A stretch of DNA of 24,419 nucleotides. Origin: a virus (taxonomy: Duplodnaviria > Caudoviricetes). Within the stretch, counting starts at the first letter, position 1. Each line of letters starts with the position of its first letter. Made by a program: the position numbers and the translations under genes. This document shows, in pieces, positions 23,500 through 24,419 of this stretch. A model generated the notes under the pieces. The model was given only the letters and a program-made list of their open reading frames with translations. It ran no database searches and had not been told where the DNA came from. The DNA lies in IMG/VR virus record IMGVR_UViG_3300037440_000195, positions 1-24,419 of that record; one strand, 5' to 3'.

Positions 23500-24419
23500 A
23501 TGCCTGCCGTCATCGACACCGCGTTCGTCGAGATATTCCCCCAGTTTCGGGACTTCGCCGGGCAGGTGCAGCGCGAGGTCGACGGTGCCGCCCGCGGCAT
23601 CTCGGCGGGGGTATCCCAGTCGCTGGAGCAGGCGGGCGCGAAGCTCACCTCAGCCGGGCAGCAGCTATCGCAGGTCGGCGGGAATCTCACCCGCAGCGTG
23701 ACTCTCCCGCTCGTCGGCATCGCCGTCGCGTCGTTCAAGACGGCGGCCGACTTCGAGTCCAGCATGGCGAAGATCGTCGGCTTGGTCGGTATCCCGCGGG
23801 AGCAGATCCAGGCATGGGAGGGCGACGTCCGCTCCCTCGCGATCGAATTCGGTAAGTCCGGCGGTGAGGCGGCGGACGCGCTGTACTTCATCACCTCTGC
23901 CGGTCTTGAGGGCGACGTGGCGATGCAGGCGCTGGAGCAGTCGCTCAAGGCGAGTGCTGTAGGTCTCGGCGAGACCGCCGTGATCGCCGACCTGACCACC
24001 TCAGCGATCAACGCCTACGGCTCTAACGTGCTCTCCGCGGCTGATGCAACGGACATCCTGGTCGCCGCGGTCCGGGAGGGCAAGGTCGAGCCGGACCAGC
24101 TAGCCGGGGCTATGGGCCGAGTACTGCCTGTGGCGTCTGCGATGGGCGTCTCGTTCGATCAGGTTGGCGCCGCGTTTGCCGCCATGTCCCGTACTGGCAC
24201 CAACGCGAACGAAGCCGCCACTCAGCTCCGCGGCATCCTCAACGGCCTGCTCAACCCCAGCGCGCAGGCGCGAGACCAGCTTGATGAGCTGGGCCTGTCT
24301 GCGCAGGGACTCCGGGATCAGATCCGCGAGGAGGGCCTGCTCGCCACCCTGGAGACCCTCACCGCTGCATTCGGTGACAACGAGGAGGCCCAGGCCCTCG
24401 TATTCGGCAACGTGCGGGC
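23500..24419 (+). CDS. tape measure protein (TP901-like; runs off window)
   Basis: MPAVIDTAFVEIFP...LTRSVTLPLVGIA...AADFESSM...EAADALYFITSAG...AATQLRGILNGLL; open to the end of the window, so missing from the track. Confidence 0.92.
   Translation, partial: MPAVIDTAFVEIFPQFRDFAGQVQREVDGAARGISAGVSQSLEQAGAKLTSAGQQLSQVGGNLTRSVTLPLVGIAVASFKTAADFESSMAKIVGLVGIPREQIQAWEGDVRSLAIEFGKSGGEAADALYFITSAGLEGDVAMQALEQSLKASAVGLGETAVIADLTTSAINAYGSNVLSAADATDILVAAVREGKVEPDQLAGAMGRVLPVASAMGVSFDQVGAAFAAMSRTGTNANEAATQLRGILNGLLNPSAQARDQLDELGLSAQGLRDQIREEGLLATLETLTAAFGDNEEAQALVFGNVR

Overview
High-GC tailed actinophage (or prophage) DNA, almost entirely + strand coding. The virion module resembles mycobacteriophage cluster-B-type phages: a MuF/2H-phosphoesterase/maturation-protease fusion, major capsid and second capsid protein, major tail protein, a beta-helix spike, a repeat fibre, adaptor, terminator, HK97-gp10-like protein, tail assembly chaperones and tape measure. 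A ~10.3 kb accessory island (12452-22760) splits the tail module. It holds five cassettes of small genes, each headed by the same ~60-bp promoter/RBS repeat, plus a DUF932-like gene and a tRNA-like element. It ends in a locus with four tandem Y-RNA-like ncRNAs, a Ro60/Rsr (TROVE-vWA) gene and a small HTH gene. The four RNAs share one scaffold but carry different tRNA-derived distal modules: a bare Glu(UUC) anticodon arm, a circularly permuted tRNA-Lys(UUU) with an intact anticodon loop, and two T-arm modules. This is the main candidate for a new system, possibly an anticodon-nuclease decoy or RNA repair array. All calls were made by eye; no searches or folding programs were run.
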